Shown in pieces: positions 27,790 to 40,967 of a stretch of 64,000 nt of DNA. Position 1 is the first letter of the stretch, and each line of letters starts with the position of its first letter. The notes under the pieces are model-generated. The model did no database searches. It was not told where the DNA came from and was given only the letters and a program-made list of their open reading frames with translations. The position numbers were made by a program, and so were the translations under genes. Origin of the DNA: Eledone cirrhosa (taxonomy: Eukaryota); the NCBI GenBank assembly GCA_964016885.1, contig OZ024761.1:19902001-19966000 (forward strand), in the 5' to 3' direction.

Positions 27790-28087
27790 ATATGGGACGG
27801 GAACTGATTCTGGCTTGATTTCTACAGCTGGATGCCCTTCCTAACACCAACCTCATTTACAGTGAGTGCTGGGTGCTTTTTTGCCATGGCACCTCCACGA
27901 CCACTTTGCAGTGGAATGATAGGGACCCCAGTCCCTATCATCTCATTTCTACAGCTGAGTAAACTGGAGCAATGTGAAATAAAGTGTCTTGCTCAAGGAA
28001 ACAACACATCACCCGGTCTGAGAATTGAACTCACAATCTTTCGATTACAAGGCCAATGCTCTAACCACTAAGCCATATGCCTCCATG
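27790..28087 (-). mobile_element. tRNA-derived SINE (same family as 40594-40930), 3' truncated
   Basis: Near-perfect reverse complement of 40594-40888. Confidence 0.9.
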
Positions 28088-28574
28088 ATGATGTATAATA
28101 TATCTAGAAATAAACACAGTAAATTGTGTGTCTAAAATGACGAGGGTAGAAGTACCACATTGGTTTAATAGATTTAACCTGAAGCATACGTAAGATATAC
28201 AATATATATACAGACCGTATCAATAACTATTTCATCTCTCGGACAGATTAGTCTAATATATTATTATATAATTGTTTCTACTTTTGGCACAAGGCCAGCA
28301 ATTATCCCAGTGTATTACTGGTACTTTATTTTATCGACGCTGTAAGGATGAAAGGCAAAGTTAACCTCGGCGAGATTTGAACTCAGATATATATATTATT
28401 ATAATATATTATTATATAATGCTCAGTATTTATACTTTGAGCTTGTTAATTACAGGGTATCAATATGAGTTAGTAACTCTGTATTTTATTTGTATATATT
28501 TATGTATATGTCTATATATATATGTATATATATACATATATATGTAACAATAATATATATGTAATAGTAATATA

Positions 28575-29105
28575 CGCAAACGGCAAAGTATAAACGAACT
28601 GAGAGACTAAGCATAAGAGGAGCTTACGTTGGTATGGACATATGATGCGCATGAAGGATGACAGCTGCATAAAAAGGTGCAGAGCACTAGAAGTCGATGG
28701 AAACCGCGGAGTGGGGAGACCGAAGAAGACCTGGGATGAGGTGATAAAAGCCGACCTTACCCAATTACACCTCTCAAAGGCGATGACACAGGACCGTGAC
28801 CTCTGGCGTCACGCAGTAATACAGAAGACCCGACCCCCTACAGGAACAAGCCGAAGCTGAAGCATATAGACAATATGCCCCTGCCCCCTTCAACTGCAAA
28901 GTGGTCGTGGAGGTGCCACGGCAAAAAAGCACCCAGCCCACACTGTAAATGAGGTTGGTGTTAGGAAGGGCATCCAGCTGTAGAAATCAAGCCAGAATCA
29001 GTTCCCGTATGAGCAAGACATGGTCAGCCGACTGGACACTGCCTACAACAGGAGAACCCGTCTAACCCATGCTAGCGTGAAAGAACAGACGTGAAACGAT
29101 GATGA
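28575..29105 (+). mobile_element. RTE family C 3' fragment with long 3'UTR
   Basis: WYGHMMRMKDD...GRPKKTW, (GAT)n tail. Confidence 0.85.
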
Positions 29106-31484
29106 TATATATATATATGGTCATAATCTATATTGTATATAGATGTGACATATTTATGTTTTAAAACATAAATACTTCAAGTGTTTGTATATCTGGGAGG
29201 TATGACACCCCCCACCACCCCCCGTCTCCTGGAGTATCAGAGAAATGTTGAAATGTGAGATGTAAACAACTACCTGAAGTTTCCCATCACACACTTGTCA
29301 CCACCACCACCACTGCCATCTCACCATTGTCACCACCACCACCACACCATTGTCACCACCACCATCTCACCGTCACCACCACCACCACCACCTCACCATT
29401 GTCACCACTGCCATCTCACCATTGTCATCAACACCACCCTACAAGGTTTCATACAAGCCATGTTATACAGTTTGTCTCCAACAAGAATGACATGTTTTAT
29501 TATTAGAGGAAGAATTGGGTTTTTTTTTAAATATTTTCACAATAAAGTTCACAAGAAGACATGGGAAGTCGAAGTTGGTGGTTTTCTGTTTTTGTTGGTC
29601 ATTTGTGGCCCCCACCCCATAGTATCAGAATATATATTTTATATATTTGTCTTTTTCTTCATTATGTCAAGGTTGATCTTCAGCACACATCATAACAGAG
29701 CCACCACTACAATAACTACCACCACAACTGCTACTACAACTACCACTACTACCAATACTACCGAGGTCAACTTGTTGGCCTTTCATCTTTATAAGGTCAA
29801 TTCTTCCTCTACACCTATTTCGCACTTCCTCATGAAGAAATCAGCTGTGTTCAAACCTGGAGAGATGGCTGCGACCAGAAATAAAGTGTCTGAGACACGC
29901 TTGTATGTCAGTATGGCACCCTACCACTCCCAAGACTATGCCCCCCCCCCCCCTCGGACTAGATAAGGAATTTAGGGTAAAAAGGAAAAGAAAAGAAAAC
30001 ATCTATGTTGTACATACATAAGTCAAAACATACAGATCTACATATGCAATGATGTCCATATTTGCACACACACATATACATATATGTGCAGGTACACACA
30101 CATATATGTATATGTGCAGATACATACATACACATATACGTGAAGATCCATATATACATGACTACCAAGTTGATGTTGCCTGAATACCAAGAAATGACCC
30201 TTGTTTCCGGGTTAGAAACCAACTCAATCTCTATTAATGGGAAATCTTAAAAATAAAACCGAAAGAACAGAAACATATACAATGGGTTTCTACATAGTTT
30301 CTGTCTACCAAATTCCTCTAAAGTTGATAGAGCTGGTGCCACAAAAACAAAGCACCCAGTCCACTGTAAGGTGGTAGTGCTGGTGCCACGAAAAAAAGCA
30401 CCCAGTCCACTCTGTAAAGTGGTAGAGCTGCTGCCACGAAGAAAAAACACCCAGTAAAGTGGTAATAAATTCAATACATACATACACATATATTTCCATA
30501 TGAGTGTATCTAGTTAAGGATTTACTGATTTGTGATAGACTTATTTGTAGCGTCGAGTTTATCGAAGGGAAGCAACTCTTTATAACCACGTTTAGAGATG
30601 GAAGACTTAGCTATTTAAAAATAGTGGAAAACCTATTATATAATGTGGAAAGTAATATAAGGCTACAACCTGTGTATATATATATGTGTGTGTGTATATG
30701 TATACAACTTTAATTTCAATGACTTATTGTAAAGATTTGAATTATTAAAGAATACCGACCGTCAGTGAAGTCATTTTTCCCACTTTTTACAAATTTATCT
30801 TACAGAACCAAGGAATTCCTTTCATATTCTACTATATATATATATACATACAGAGAGAGAGATGGGTTGAACAGAATATTTCATTTCAAATTGTTTTCTA
30901 TAAAATGCAGAGAAAAAGACTGGCTGTGTTTTCCAGAAATTCTATTTTTAAGGAAAGAAAAATTATTCTTTCAACTCCAATATTTAACTGGTACTTTATA
31001 TAATTGACCTCAGCAGGATTTGAACACAAAATGTAAAAAGCCAGAAGAAATACCCTATGACATTTTACCAGGACGCTCTACCAAGTCAACAACATTTTAA
31101 CATTTTTTTTTTTAAATGAGAAAGTTACAAAAATAATTAATCAGGTTTAGTATTTATTAAAATTCCATTTTTTTGTATGTTTTTTTTCATTTCATTTTGA
31201 TGCAATGGAAAATTTCTTTTTTAAATCTTTTGCAAAAAGTCATTTAATTCGGTGAGTCCTTGTATGTGAGAGAAAGCTAGTCTTCAAGTTAATGAACAAA
31301 GGTGAGGAGGGGACAAGTGAGAACAAATGAATGTATGAAAGGTTTTGTATAATATTAGAGGCAGGGGTGGGGCAATAGACAGTCTTAAATGTTTGTTTTT
31401 CATTTGTTTTTTTTCAACATTGAGGTTACTACGGATACGGAAAGAGCCGGGTTGTGTAATTTGTAAAATACCACCACTAGACGA

Positions 31485-31630
31485 TGGTAGATGTCTGGCA
31501 ATGTGCTACACATGTCCACAAAGAAACCAACGAAGAGGACCTCCCTTCTATGAAAAACCAGAAGGGAGGGCATAGGAAACACGGCAGACCTGTAAGACCC
31601 TGCTTGTGGTCTGTGAAGGAAGACCTGGCA
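31485..31630 (+). mobile_element. Highly degraded RTE 3' fragment
   Basis: Across frameshifts reads RRW*..GNVLHM...KPEG.HRKHGRPVRP. Confidence 0.55.
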
Positions 31631-32407
31631 GTTATGGGTCGGGTCTGGTCTGGCCAAAGACTGGCTTTGCAACTGTGTGGGACTGAAATCTCTCATCACC
31701 CAAAGCTCCATGGGAAGCAAAGGGAATTGAAGTATTATACCAGATGCTGCGATATATTGAGGACCTTAACCAAAGTTTTTCATGTCCTTCCTTATCCCTT
31801 TTGTTACCACATTTCTAGTGAAATTCACTCTATTTCAATTTCAATTAATTAATAAAGAATTTCAAGGCATTTAAGATTATTATTTCATTTCTAAAATTAC
31901 TAACATTTAGTTCTTATATAAAATTATGCTGGAAGATTTAAATTTAAATATGAACCCTTTAAAATAGATGGCTTTGTTTTATAGGACCCGAGCCAGTTTT
32001 GGCTGGTTCGATAATAGGGATCATACAGATACATGAAATGAACAAGTGGCCCAACACAGCATCCCTCCAGTTGTAGCAAACCTTCGTCAACCCCCCGTGA
32101 GATTCAATGTTTGTAGTTTTTCAGTATAAGTTCACTGCTTATTACCAATTAATTGTATTTCTTGCTAATTATGTACAGCTGGATGAAATGTGTTGTCTGT
32201 CAGGGGAGCTATGAGTGCCTTCCATTGATGAAAACAACACAGCAAATAAATAAAAGCTAATAAGATCGGGAAGCTGTAATACTTTACCGCTAAATGTGAA
32301 GGCAGTTGTTATTATCTTACAAAACAAACATCATCGTTATCATTGTTTAATGTCTATTTTTCCCTGCTAGCAAGGGTTGAACATATTGTCACAAACCAGT
32401 GAGTACT

Positions 32408-32586
32408 GCAGCAGAGCCCCTGATATCCAGGTGGGCCAGGAGCAGAGCCCCTGGTATCCAGGTGAGCCAGAGCAGAGCCCCTGATATCCAGGTGGGCCAG
32501 GAGCAGAGGCCTAGATATCCAGGCGGGCCAGGAGCAAAGGCCTAGACATCCAGGCGGACGGGAGCAGAGGCCCTGACATCCAGGCA
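32408..32586. repeat. GC-rich 30-bp minisatellite (gcagagcccctgatatccaggtgggccagg), ~6 copies
   Basis: Directly visible. Confidence 0.9.
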
Positions 32587-33217
32587 ACCCGATATTCAAT
32601 CCTCAGCTCTACTGTATGCCTCTTATCATGGAACCAACACCAGGGAAGTAATCATGTCCTTGACACAGCTAAAGAATCTTCCCAAGCTTTTGTCTGGCAA
32701 GTTTTCTAAGGCTGGAGGATGGCCTTCCTATCCCTGAAACACTTTAGAGAGTGTACAGGGTGGTCATTTTATCATGTAGGTCACCAAACAGGTTTTGGTT
32801 AAAGGTGTAAATGGTAATGGAACTTTATACATTGAGGGATGGGGTGAGGGGAAAACTGTGTAAGATGTAAATATATTTATATTCATACAATATGGCAATC
32901 AAGTATGACTTGGTATCAGCATCTACAATGCTCATAAGTGTTCATGTAGTCGCAAGCTGACACAAACGCCCTCTAACCCCTCCTGCTTTTAACCCAACAG
33001 AATATTTGGGAGTGAGAGAGAGGGCTCCACCAGTCCTTCACTGGTAATATTATATATTTATCGACCCCCTACAAAGGATCAAAGGCAAAATTGATTTTAT
33101 TGGATTCGAACTGTGAGTGTAGAGTCAGAACAATTAACCATAACTCATTAAACACTCAAAGTCTGCCAAGTCACTGCATTATATATACATATAAACTTGA
33201 CATACACACACACGCAA

Positions 33218-33250
<33 letters not shown>

Positions 33251-34072
33251 TATTGGAGCTTACAACCAATTTTCTAATTAAATTCTCTTGAAGAATTTTG
33301 CAAAAAAAGGAAAAAAAAAACAAATGGGAGGAAAATAAATAAGGATTTTCAAGTAGAAACAAGAGAAAATAGGGCCCCAAAGAATATCATCTCTTCCCCT
33401 CCTCCCCTCACAAAACCCTGTGGGTATGAGTGTAATTTGAAATGAGAATGAAGATAACGATAGAAAAAAACCCCAATGAATGTGACAGGTAGATATAAAC
33501 ATGCAATATATACACCACACATACCTGTACAAGGTTCTGTAGAGAAACATTTAAATGAGCTCGTTTTTTTCATCTAGTGTATCAAGGCGTGTCAGAATCC
33601 ATTGATTCTCAGGATATATATATATATACACACACACATATATACATGCATACACATACATCAATATATATATACACATACATAAATATATATTCTACAT
33701 ACAGCTAACACTACAGGACATTCCTGTCATAAATTGTTGACAGCAGATCTCCGTGATTCCGGTACTTTCCAACAGTATCAATCGCTCCAGCAGTGCCAAA
33801 CAGCATTCACTGAAGCTACCAACTTATGGTACTAACTGTAGCATAATTTTCAAGAATACTACACACACGCATATACATATATATGTATAAAATGTATCTC
33901 GGCTCTGTAATACATTTGATAATTTACCTTGAGCCTTTTCTCTTACTGGTAATTGGTACTACCATCCATATTTATAATTATATATAACTCATATATAAGT
34001 ATAAATATTATTATTATTACTATATATATATATATATATATATATATGCTAAAAGAACAGATTAAAGTTTAA

Positions 34073-34274
34073 CCCTTTAGCATTTATACTGGCTGTATCC
34101 AGCCAGAATTCTCTCTCCTTTTCCGTTCAAACCAGCTGTAACCGGTCACTCATGCTGATATTAAAGTATTGTTCTCAAAATAAATAATATCAAAATCTCA
34201 GATTCGATATTATGTGAGGTAAAGCTTTTACCCCGAAAATACATTAGTATATATGTAATGCAAATGTTAAAGGG
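34073..34274. mobile_element. piggyBac-type MITE (~200 bp), inserted in one arm of an older hairpin (34053-34362)
   Basis: TTAA TSDs and CCCTTTAGCATTT/AAATGTTAAAGGG TIRs. The rejoined flanks aagaacagattaaagtttaagcaaagaattgct are the reverse complement of 34331-34362. Confidence 0.9.
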
Positions 34275-34802
34275 TTAAGCAAAGAATTGCTATTTCTCAA
34301 ACTCAGAAGATCCCATTAAGGATAAAAGCAGCAATTCTTTGCTTAAACTTTAATCTGTTCTTATAATAATTATTTGCTCTACGGGTTTTTATATTTATAT
34401 ATTTCATATATAAATATATAATCCTTATCGAGCCCTCGACATATTTTCGTCTTCACATTTATTATTACTATATATACATACATACAAATGTGTGTGTGTA
34501 CACACTATGTATTATATATATAAACACACAAATGCGTGATGTGCACACATTATGTATGTGTATCTATGTATATATATACATATATATATGCATGAATGAA
34601 TTAAAGTAGTAATGTGTAGCTTTCAATGGCGACAATTACTCAAGTACTACAAATATTTTGAGGTCATCACTAACATTTGATTGTATGTGTATATATATAT
34701 ATATATATAAACACACGTATATATATGTATGTAGTATATGCACACTTCATAAATTACAAATGGCTAGTTACACACAATACACATTATACATACATGTGGA
34801 AT

Positions 34803-34836
<34 letters not shown>

Positions 34837-34842
34837 AGGACC

Positions 34843-35180
34843 TTGCTGAGGATGGCTCTGAACATTAATCAGTATACACTGATGAAGAACTCAGAGCTGT
34901 ACGGGAGCCTCCCAAAAGTCAGCTCAAAAGTGACACAGAGGAGACTGAGGTTAGCTGGTGGACATGCTCACCGACATCCAGAGTTGACATTGCACTCAGT
35001 GCTCCTGTGGGAGCCCCTACACGGACACACTGGAAGAGGGAGGCCAAGGTTGACATGTTGATGCCCAAAGGATAGACACTGGTCTCTGGGAGACACAGGA
35101 CATGGCAGCGATAATGAGGGACAGAGACCGCTGGAGAGAACTCGTCCATGGATCTCGGGAATTTTACCCGCCCTAGATAG
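34843..35180 (+). mobile_element. RTE family B 3' fragment (uninverted reference copy)
   Basis: [11 protein letters not shown]...[13 protein letters not shown]...GRGRPRLT. Confidence 0.9.
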
Positions 35181-35434
35181 ATATATGCTAGTGAATTGTG
35201 TGTCAGCTCCATGTTTTATCATTTCATTTTAAATGAACAGAACAACAATGAAGGTATATATATATGTATAGAGAGATTTGAACCCATAACTCCTGATGGA
35301 GTCGTAGGCGCACCATATTGGAATATGGCGCTTCTTGGGCATTTATAAACCTGGTGGAGCCTATCTCCTCTCCAGGCCTTCATTATAAATAAACCTCACA
35401 AATAAAAAAAAATGTCAGGGTATATACATATATA

Positions 35435-35549
<115 letters not shown>

Positions 35550-35737
35550 GACACCTGGGGTGGGTGGGTGACAAAAATGATCAGAATGTTGAAATAAAAA
35601 TAAGAGAAACAAACAATATTTTAAAAAAATCAGATAAAAATATTTAAAATAATGGAACATGAAAATATGGTAAATTAGAGGATCTAATGAGGAACCCCTG
35701 GCTAGAGTCTTGTGGTTTGTCTGAGGGAGGGGGTTAT

Positions 35738-37561
35738 TTAGGGTTTATGAACATCATTGCTATCTTCTACTTCATCTTCATCATCATCATTACCACCACT
35801 ACCTCCACCACCGCCGCCGCCACCTCTATCATCGTCGTCATCATCATCACCACGATCGTCATCATCATCATCATCATCGTCGTCAACATCTGTTGCCAAG
35901 ACGACTCTCCGACAACTGGCGACGCTGCTGGCATCCACCAGACGTCGGTCCTCGGTGCCGTTTATGTTCTCTTCTAAACAAACTTCTCTTTTGTCGCCAG
36001 CTTCTTCTACCTCGCCTCCACCACCGCCACTTATCTCTTCATCATCATCATCATCACCATCGTCGTCACGACCATTGTCATCATCATCGTCGTCGTCTTC
36101 GTCACCACCACCTCGCCGCTGGGTTGACGACGACGATGAAGGCGGCGGTGGCGGCAGTGTTGTTGTTGTTAGAGGCAGTGGGTTGATGTTGAGGGCAGGA
36201 GCTGCTACAGAACTGGCTACCACAACACGATCTTCGTCCTCTTCTAAGCCACTGTCCATTTCCATCAACAACTGCCATTTGTTGGAAACCGACTTAGAAG
36301 AGACCGCACTGGAAGAAGTGATGGCTGTGGACCCCAGCTGTTGGTCCTTACTACTAGATTTTGACGACACACGGTGGACCTCCCATCCGTGTTTACCAGT
36401 TTTAGAATCCTGATGATGTTGATGATGATGCTCGTTTCCTCCACCACCCGACGACCTCTTATTAGACGATGATGATGTTGACATCGTCTTTTTGTCTTTC
36501 TTCCTAGACCAGTCTTTATTGGGGGCGGAACTGCCACGGTAGTGAACAGGGTAACGCTTGTCACCGTCTACACTGCCTGACCCACCGCCATCTCTCCTCC
36601 CCGTCGGACCAGCTGGGATATTCTCGCTGTCGTCCTCTTCCATCATGTCCAGGCCATGTTCATCCTCGCCGGTTAAATGTGCGAAGGATGAAGGCCCCAT
36701 CAGTTCATTTATTTCGGCCGTTAATCTCCGACGCCGTTCAGCTATCATCTCGTTCACCACTTTTGTGGTCTCCGACAGGCGACTTTCGGTGGCGGGGGTG
36801 TGTATCTTGGGTAAGTAAAAGATGCAAGGTTTAGTCTTTGTACAAATGAAATTTGTCAATTTGCGAATTTCCGCCTCGCATTTCTCGTGAGTCGAAACAA
36901 GTTCCATCTTTTGTTCTAGTAAACGAATCCTGGTTTGTTTTTCACGACGAATCTGAAACAAAAGTTCTCGTTCTTTACGTATTTCGTCCTTCTCCTGTTG
37001 AGCTTTCTCCTCCAGTTTCAGCTCCACTCGTTTCCGTTGATCGTGTTTCTCTTTCTTGTCTTTCGCTTCGTCTTTGAATTTCTGTAAAGTTCCCAACAAA
37101 AGACCGAACATGCGCTTATTCCTGGCCATACCTCGCTCGTCTTTACCCTGGGCATCCAGCATATCTTTGCGAGTTAGGGAATCTCTAGAGGTGGCCACCA
37201 CAGACGACGGGACCGTAGGTTTACGTACCATTTCATCGGCATCACCGCTATCTTGCGACGATCGGCTCGGTCTAGGACCGAGTCTGCTGGCGATGTTACC
37301 ACGTTTTTTACGAGGGCCAGTATCTGTTTCAGTGACGGCCCACTTAGCGACAGGAAGAGCTCGTTTTCTCCCTCCCCGATTTGTAGCCGGGTCGACTGCT
37401 CCACGCTCGTTAAATCCCAAAAGAATTCTTCGCTGCTGTCCAGTCCTCCCTGGTTCGGTCGGATCACGACCGGTCAACTTTTTAATATTATCATCCACAT
37501 CCTTTAGGCTTTCTTTTGTTTTTTCTAGTTCTTGCTGCAAGTCACGAACGAATGCCGCCAT
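35738..37561 (-). CDS. PNN: Pinin (splicing/EJC-associated PSAP component), 607 aa, single coding exon
   Basis: N-terminal LQQELEKTKESLKDVDDNIKKLTGRDP; pinin core RNKRMFGLLLGTLQKFK; RSB-like FICTKTKPCIFYLP; acidic tail; AAACATGG start context. Confidence 0.95.
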   Translation of the reverse strand: MAAFVRDLQQELEKTKESLKDVDDNIKKLTGRDPTEPGRTGQQRRILLGFNERGAVDPATNRGGRKRALPVAKWAVTETDTGPRKKRGNIASRLGPRPSRSSQDSGDADEMVRKPTVPSSVVATSRDSLTRKDMLDAQGKDERGMARNKRMFGLLLGTLQKFKDEAKDKKEKHDQRKRVELKLEEKAQQEKDEIRKERELLFQIRREKQTRIRLLEQKMELVSTHEKCEAEIRKLTNFICTKTKPCIFYLPKIHTPATESRLSETTKVVNEMIAERRRRLTAEINELMGPSSFAHLTGEDEHGLDMMEEDDSENIPAGPTGRRDGGGSGSVDGDKRYPVHYRGSSAPNKDWSRKKDKKTMSTSSSSNKRSSGGGGNEHHHQHHQDSKTGKHGWEVHRVSSKSSSKDQQLGSTAITSSSAVSSKSVSNKWQLLMEMDSGLEEDEDRVVVASSVAAPALNINPLPLTTTTLPPPPPSSSSSTQRRGGGDEDDDDDDDNGRDDDGDDDDDEEISGGGGGEVEEAGDKREVCLEENINGTEDRRLVDASSVASCRRVVLATDVDDDDDDDDDDRGDDDDDDDRGGGGGGGGSGGNDDDEDEVEDSNDVHKP

Positions 37562-37714
37562 GTTTGTAGAAATCGATGATGTTTTCCTTGATTAACTTCG
37601 AATAGAAAGAGAAAACCTATTTTTGCACAATTTATAATACATTGTTTTCGTTTTTCTCAGTCGTTCTCTTTCTCTTTCCTAGATCAGTTCATGCTAAAGA
37701 AATATCACAATTGT

Positions 37715-37780
37715 GACGGCAACCGCCATTTCTGCTATGGCCGATCACCCGGATGTAGTGATCACGTGGCAACAGTACAG
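37715..37780 (-). promoter_or_regulatory. Probable pinin core promoter
   Basis: CpG-rich patch ~160-210 bp upstream of the ATG with YY1-like CCGCCATTT (37723), ETS-like CCGGATGT (37749) and E-box CACGTG (37763). Confidence 0.55.
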
Positions 37781-38865
37781 CAGCTGCAAATACAAAAAAA
37801 AAAGAAAACATTTTTTTTTTTAAATAATTTTAATAAACTTTAGATATTTCTAGGAAGAGTAAAAAAAAATAAAGATTATTTGTTAAAAAATTTTTTATTG
37901 TCGTTGATTTAGAAAAAGATTTTTTTTTTTGTAATTAGGAAAATATTCAGCACGACAAACTATAAAAGAATGGGTTAGGAGAAAATACGAAACTAAGTTA
38001 TCGGAATGTAATTTTGATAGATCGGAAGATACAGTACAATAACCAATAACATTAAAAGAACAAGCAAAAAAAAAAAGAATAGATTTATATCGATTTATAT
38101 TGGAATAATACTAATAAAGGTTAAACAACGTATTTACAAAAATAATTATCGTAAAAATACAAAATGAAAGCTTCATATAAAGCACATGCGCTCCCTTTAT
38201 GTCACACACACGCACACATATATATAATACAAGCACATACATATATATATAGAGGGGGAGGGGTTAAATGTAGTCGTCTCATTAGAAATGATTATAACAA
38301 TAGTTGATTACTATAAGTAATAGTTAAGCAGGAAAAAAAGTGGGTAGTGACGTCTGCGGCGCAACGAACCCGGCTTCTCTCGGTCTTTGTCCATATTTTC
38401 CGCTTCTAGGGACACTTGACCCGATTTTCTCAACTATAATTTATAGCAATAAACTATCGTTACAGTCATTGGGACGTTTACATTTCATATATGTATGTGT
38501 GATATCATCATCATCATCGTCACAATTTAACGTCCATTTTTCGACTGGATGGGATGCTATGAAGCAATATTTTACAGCCAAATGCCCACCCTGGCGTCAG
38601 TTGCCTCTTGTGACAGGAATATGATGTACTTACTCTAAATAGTGGGACAAAAACTGCAGATGATGATGATGATGATTTTGTAGAAAATATAAATTATGAA
38701 AGGCAGAGAAATAGAAATGTGAACGCCGGCTCCAGAATGTGAGTCTAAAAATAGCAAAAATTCAGATTTGGACAATATATATATATATATATATTTAATA
38801 CATTAACAGAGAAAGCGTTAAGCAATACTCCGACCGACTTCCGTCTCACTCAACATATATATATA

Positions 38866-39122
38866 TCATCATCATTGTTGGCCGGGTCCTATTCAGCACA
38901 GCATCTCTCCACTTATCATGGTCCTTCGTCATCTCGGTGAGTTTCAGCGATCTGAGGTCTGCTCTCACCACCTCCGCCTATGTTTTTTGTGGTCTACCTC
39001 TACTGCGTCTTCCTTCTACTGAGATTTCTTGGCACTTCTTTACCCAGTGGTCATCCTCCATGCGCATCACATGTCCATACCATCCCGGTCTTCTCTCCTG
39101 CACACCACAACTTATCCCTCTT
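38866..39122 (-). mobile_element. RTE family A-related 3' fragment
   Basis: Reverse complement resembles 27480-27720. Confidence 0.8.
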
Positions 39123-40432
39123 ATACTTATATATATTCAGCGATCAAGAAGATCCCAGACTTCATTCACTCACAGAAAGGGCAGGAACTCATCTAATTGG
39201 ACCAATGAAACAATGTTTCCATTGGTCTTTCCATTGCTGATACTATCTCCCAGTCGCAACTCTTGGCAGAAAGAGCAATGTGAAATAAAGTCTTGCTCAA
39301 GCACACAACCCATTGCCTGACACAGTCCAAGAGTCGAACTTGCAACCTCACCATTGAGAATCCAGTTCTCTAAACACTACGACACCCACCTTCACAATCA
39401 ACATAACCACATGATGAAATAGCAAGCTAAATAGGTGCAGGCATGGCTGATGATGAAAGAGGTTGACCTCACAACCTTGAGGTTTTAGGGTCTGTGACAG
39501 GTAGTGACACTTTCAGCAAGTGTCTTGAGGTTTCAGATTCTGTCACGCAGTGTCTTCTACTGTAACTTACGTTTCATCATCGTTTAACATCCATTTTTCT
39601 CTGCTAACAAAGGTTAAAGAAATCATCACAAGCTGGTCAGTACCCAAGTAAAGGCTCTAGTTACCAAGTGGGCTGGAGGCCTGACATGTGATTCTGTGCT
39701 TTACTGAGTGTATTTTATCATGAGACCAACACTAGGAAGATTACCAGGTCCTTGACACACTGGAAGAGTCTTCACAACCATTTGTAAGGCAGGTTTTCTG
39801 AGGTTGGATGCCTTGCTATCATCAAACATTTTACAGAGTGTACTGAATGCATGTATAAATGTAGTTCGCCAGCTGAAGAGCCCATCTGGCACTTTGCTTG
39901 GCAGATGTCTTTGGCTGGAGGCCCCTCCTATCACCAAACAGTTTATAGAGTGTACTGGGTGGACAGATACTGTGTAGATCAAAACTAGGAAGGTTACCAT
40001 CTTTATGGCACAGTTGAAGAGTCCTCCCAACCCTTTATATGACAGATTTTCTATGGCTGGCTACCCCTATGACTGTTGGGTGAAGAACTTCCAAGAAATC
40101 CCAGTAGAAGGAAGCACGCAGTGATGGTGGTGATGATGATGACAACTAATCAATACCAAATAACAACAGAAATGTTATCAGAGATTAAGATCAGAACAAC
40201 ACAAACTACTCAACAAACATTTTTTTATATTCTTAAGTTTAAATGTCAAATCAATGAAACCAGTCGAGACTTCGTACATGTCCTAAGAGGAGGAAAGTAA
40301 AATGAATGAAATAGAAAGAGGGGGATAGAAGCTACTGACAGAGAGGAGAGAGAAAGTCTGGCCTCAGAACATTGTGAAAGTGATAGCATTGGTTACTGAT
40401 ATTCACAACATGTTGACACACAGCCACAAGAT

Positions 40433-40509
<77 letters not shown>

Positions 40510-40593
40510 ATATATATATGTGTGTGTGTGTGTATATATGTATATATATATATATGTGTGTGTGTGTATATATATATGTGTATATATATATAT

Positions 40594-40930
40594 TATGGAG
40601 GCACATGGCTTAGTGGTTAGAGCATTGAGCTTGCAATCAAAAGGTTGTGAGTTCAATTCTCAGACCGGGTGATGTGTTGTTTCCTTGAGCAAGACACTTT
40701 ATTTCACATTGCTCCAGTTTACTCAGCTGTAGAAATGAGATGATAGGGACTGGGGTCCCTACCATTCCACTGCAAAGTGGTCGTGGAGGTGCCACGGCAA
40801 AAAAGCACCCAGCACTCACTGTAAATGAGGTTGGTGTTAGGAAGGGCATCCTGCTGTAGAAATCAAGCCATAATCAGTTCCCGTCCCACCCTTGCAAGCA
40901 GGGAAAAGCAGACGTAAAATGATGATGATG
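40594..40930 (+). mobile_element. Full-length tRNA SINE: Pol III head, Meta-like core, RTE-derived 3' part, (ATG)n tail
   Basis: A box TGGCTTAGTGG, B box GAGTTCAATTC, ccttgagcaagacactttat core; tail nearly identical to the RTE-A terminus. Confidence 0.9.
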
Positions 40931-40967
40931 GTATATATATATATATACACACACACGTACATACATA

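Noticed and set aside
31345-31575. CxxC...CxxC resembling a piggyBac cysteine-rich tail
   Set aside because: Better explained as an off-frame reading of a decayed RTE 3' end.
35757-37595. Plus-strand ORFs overlapping pinin
   Set aside because: Antisense shadows of low-complexity codons.
38340-38460. CpG-rich patch with faint U2 snRNA 5' similarity
   Set aside because: No branch-point pairing sequence or Sm site; could be a promoter patch or DNA transposon fragment.
40600-40672. tRNA gene
   Set aside because: A/B boxes run directly into a SINE core; no acceptor stem.
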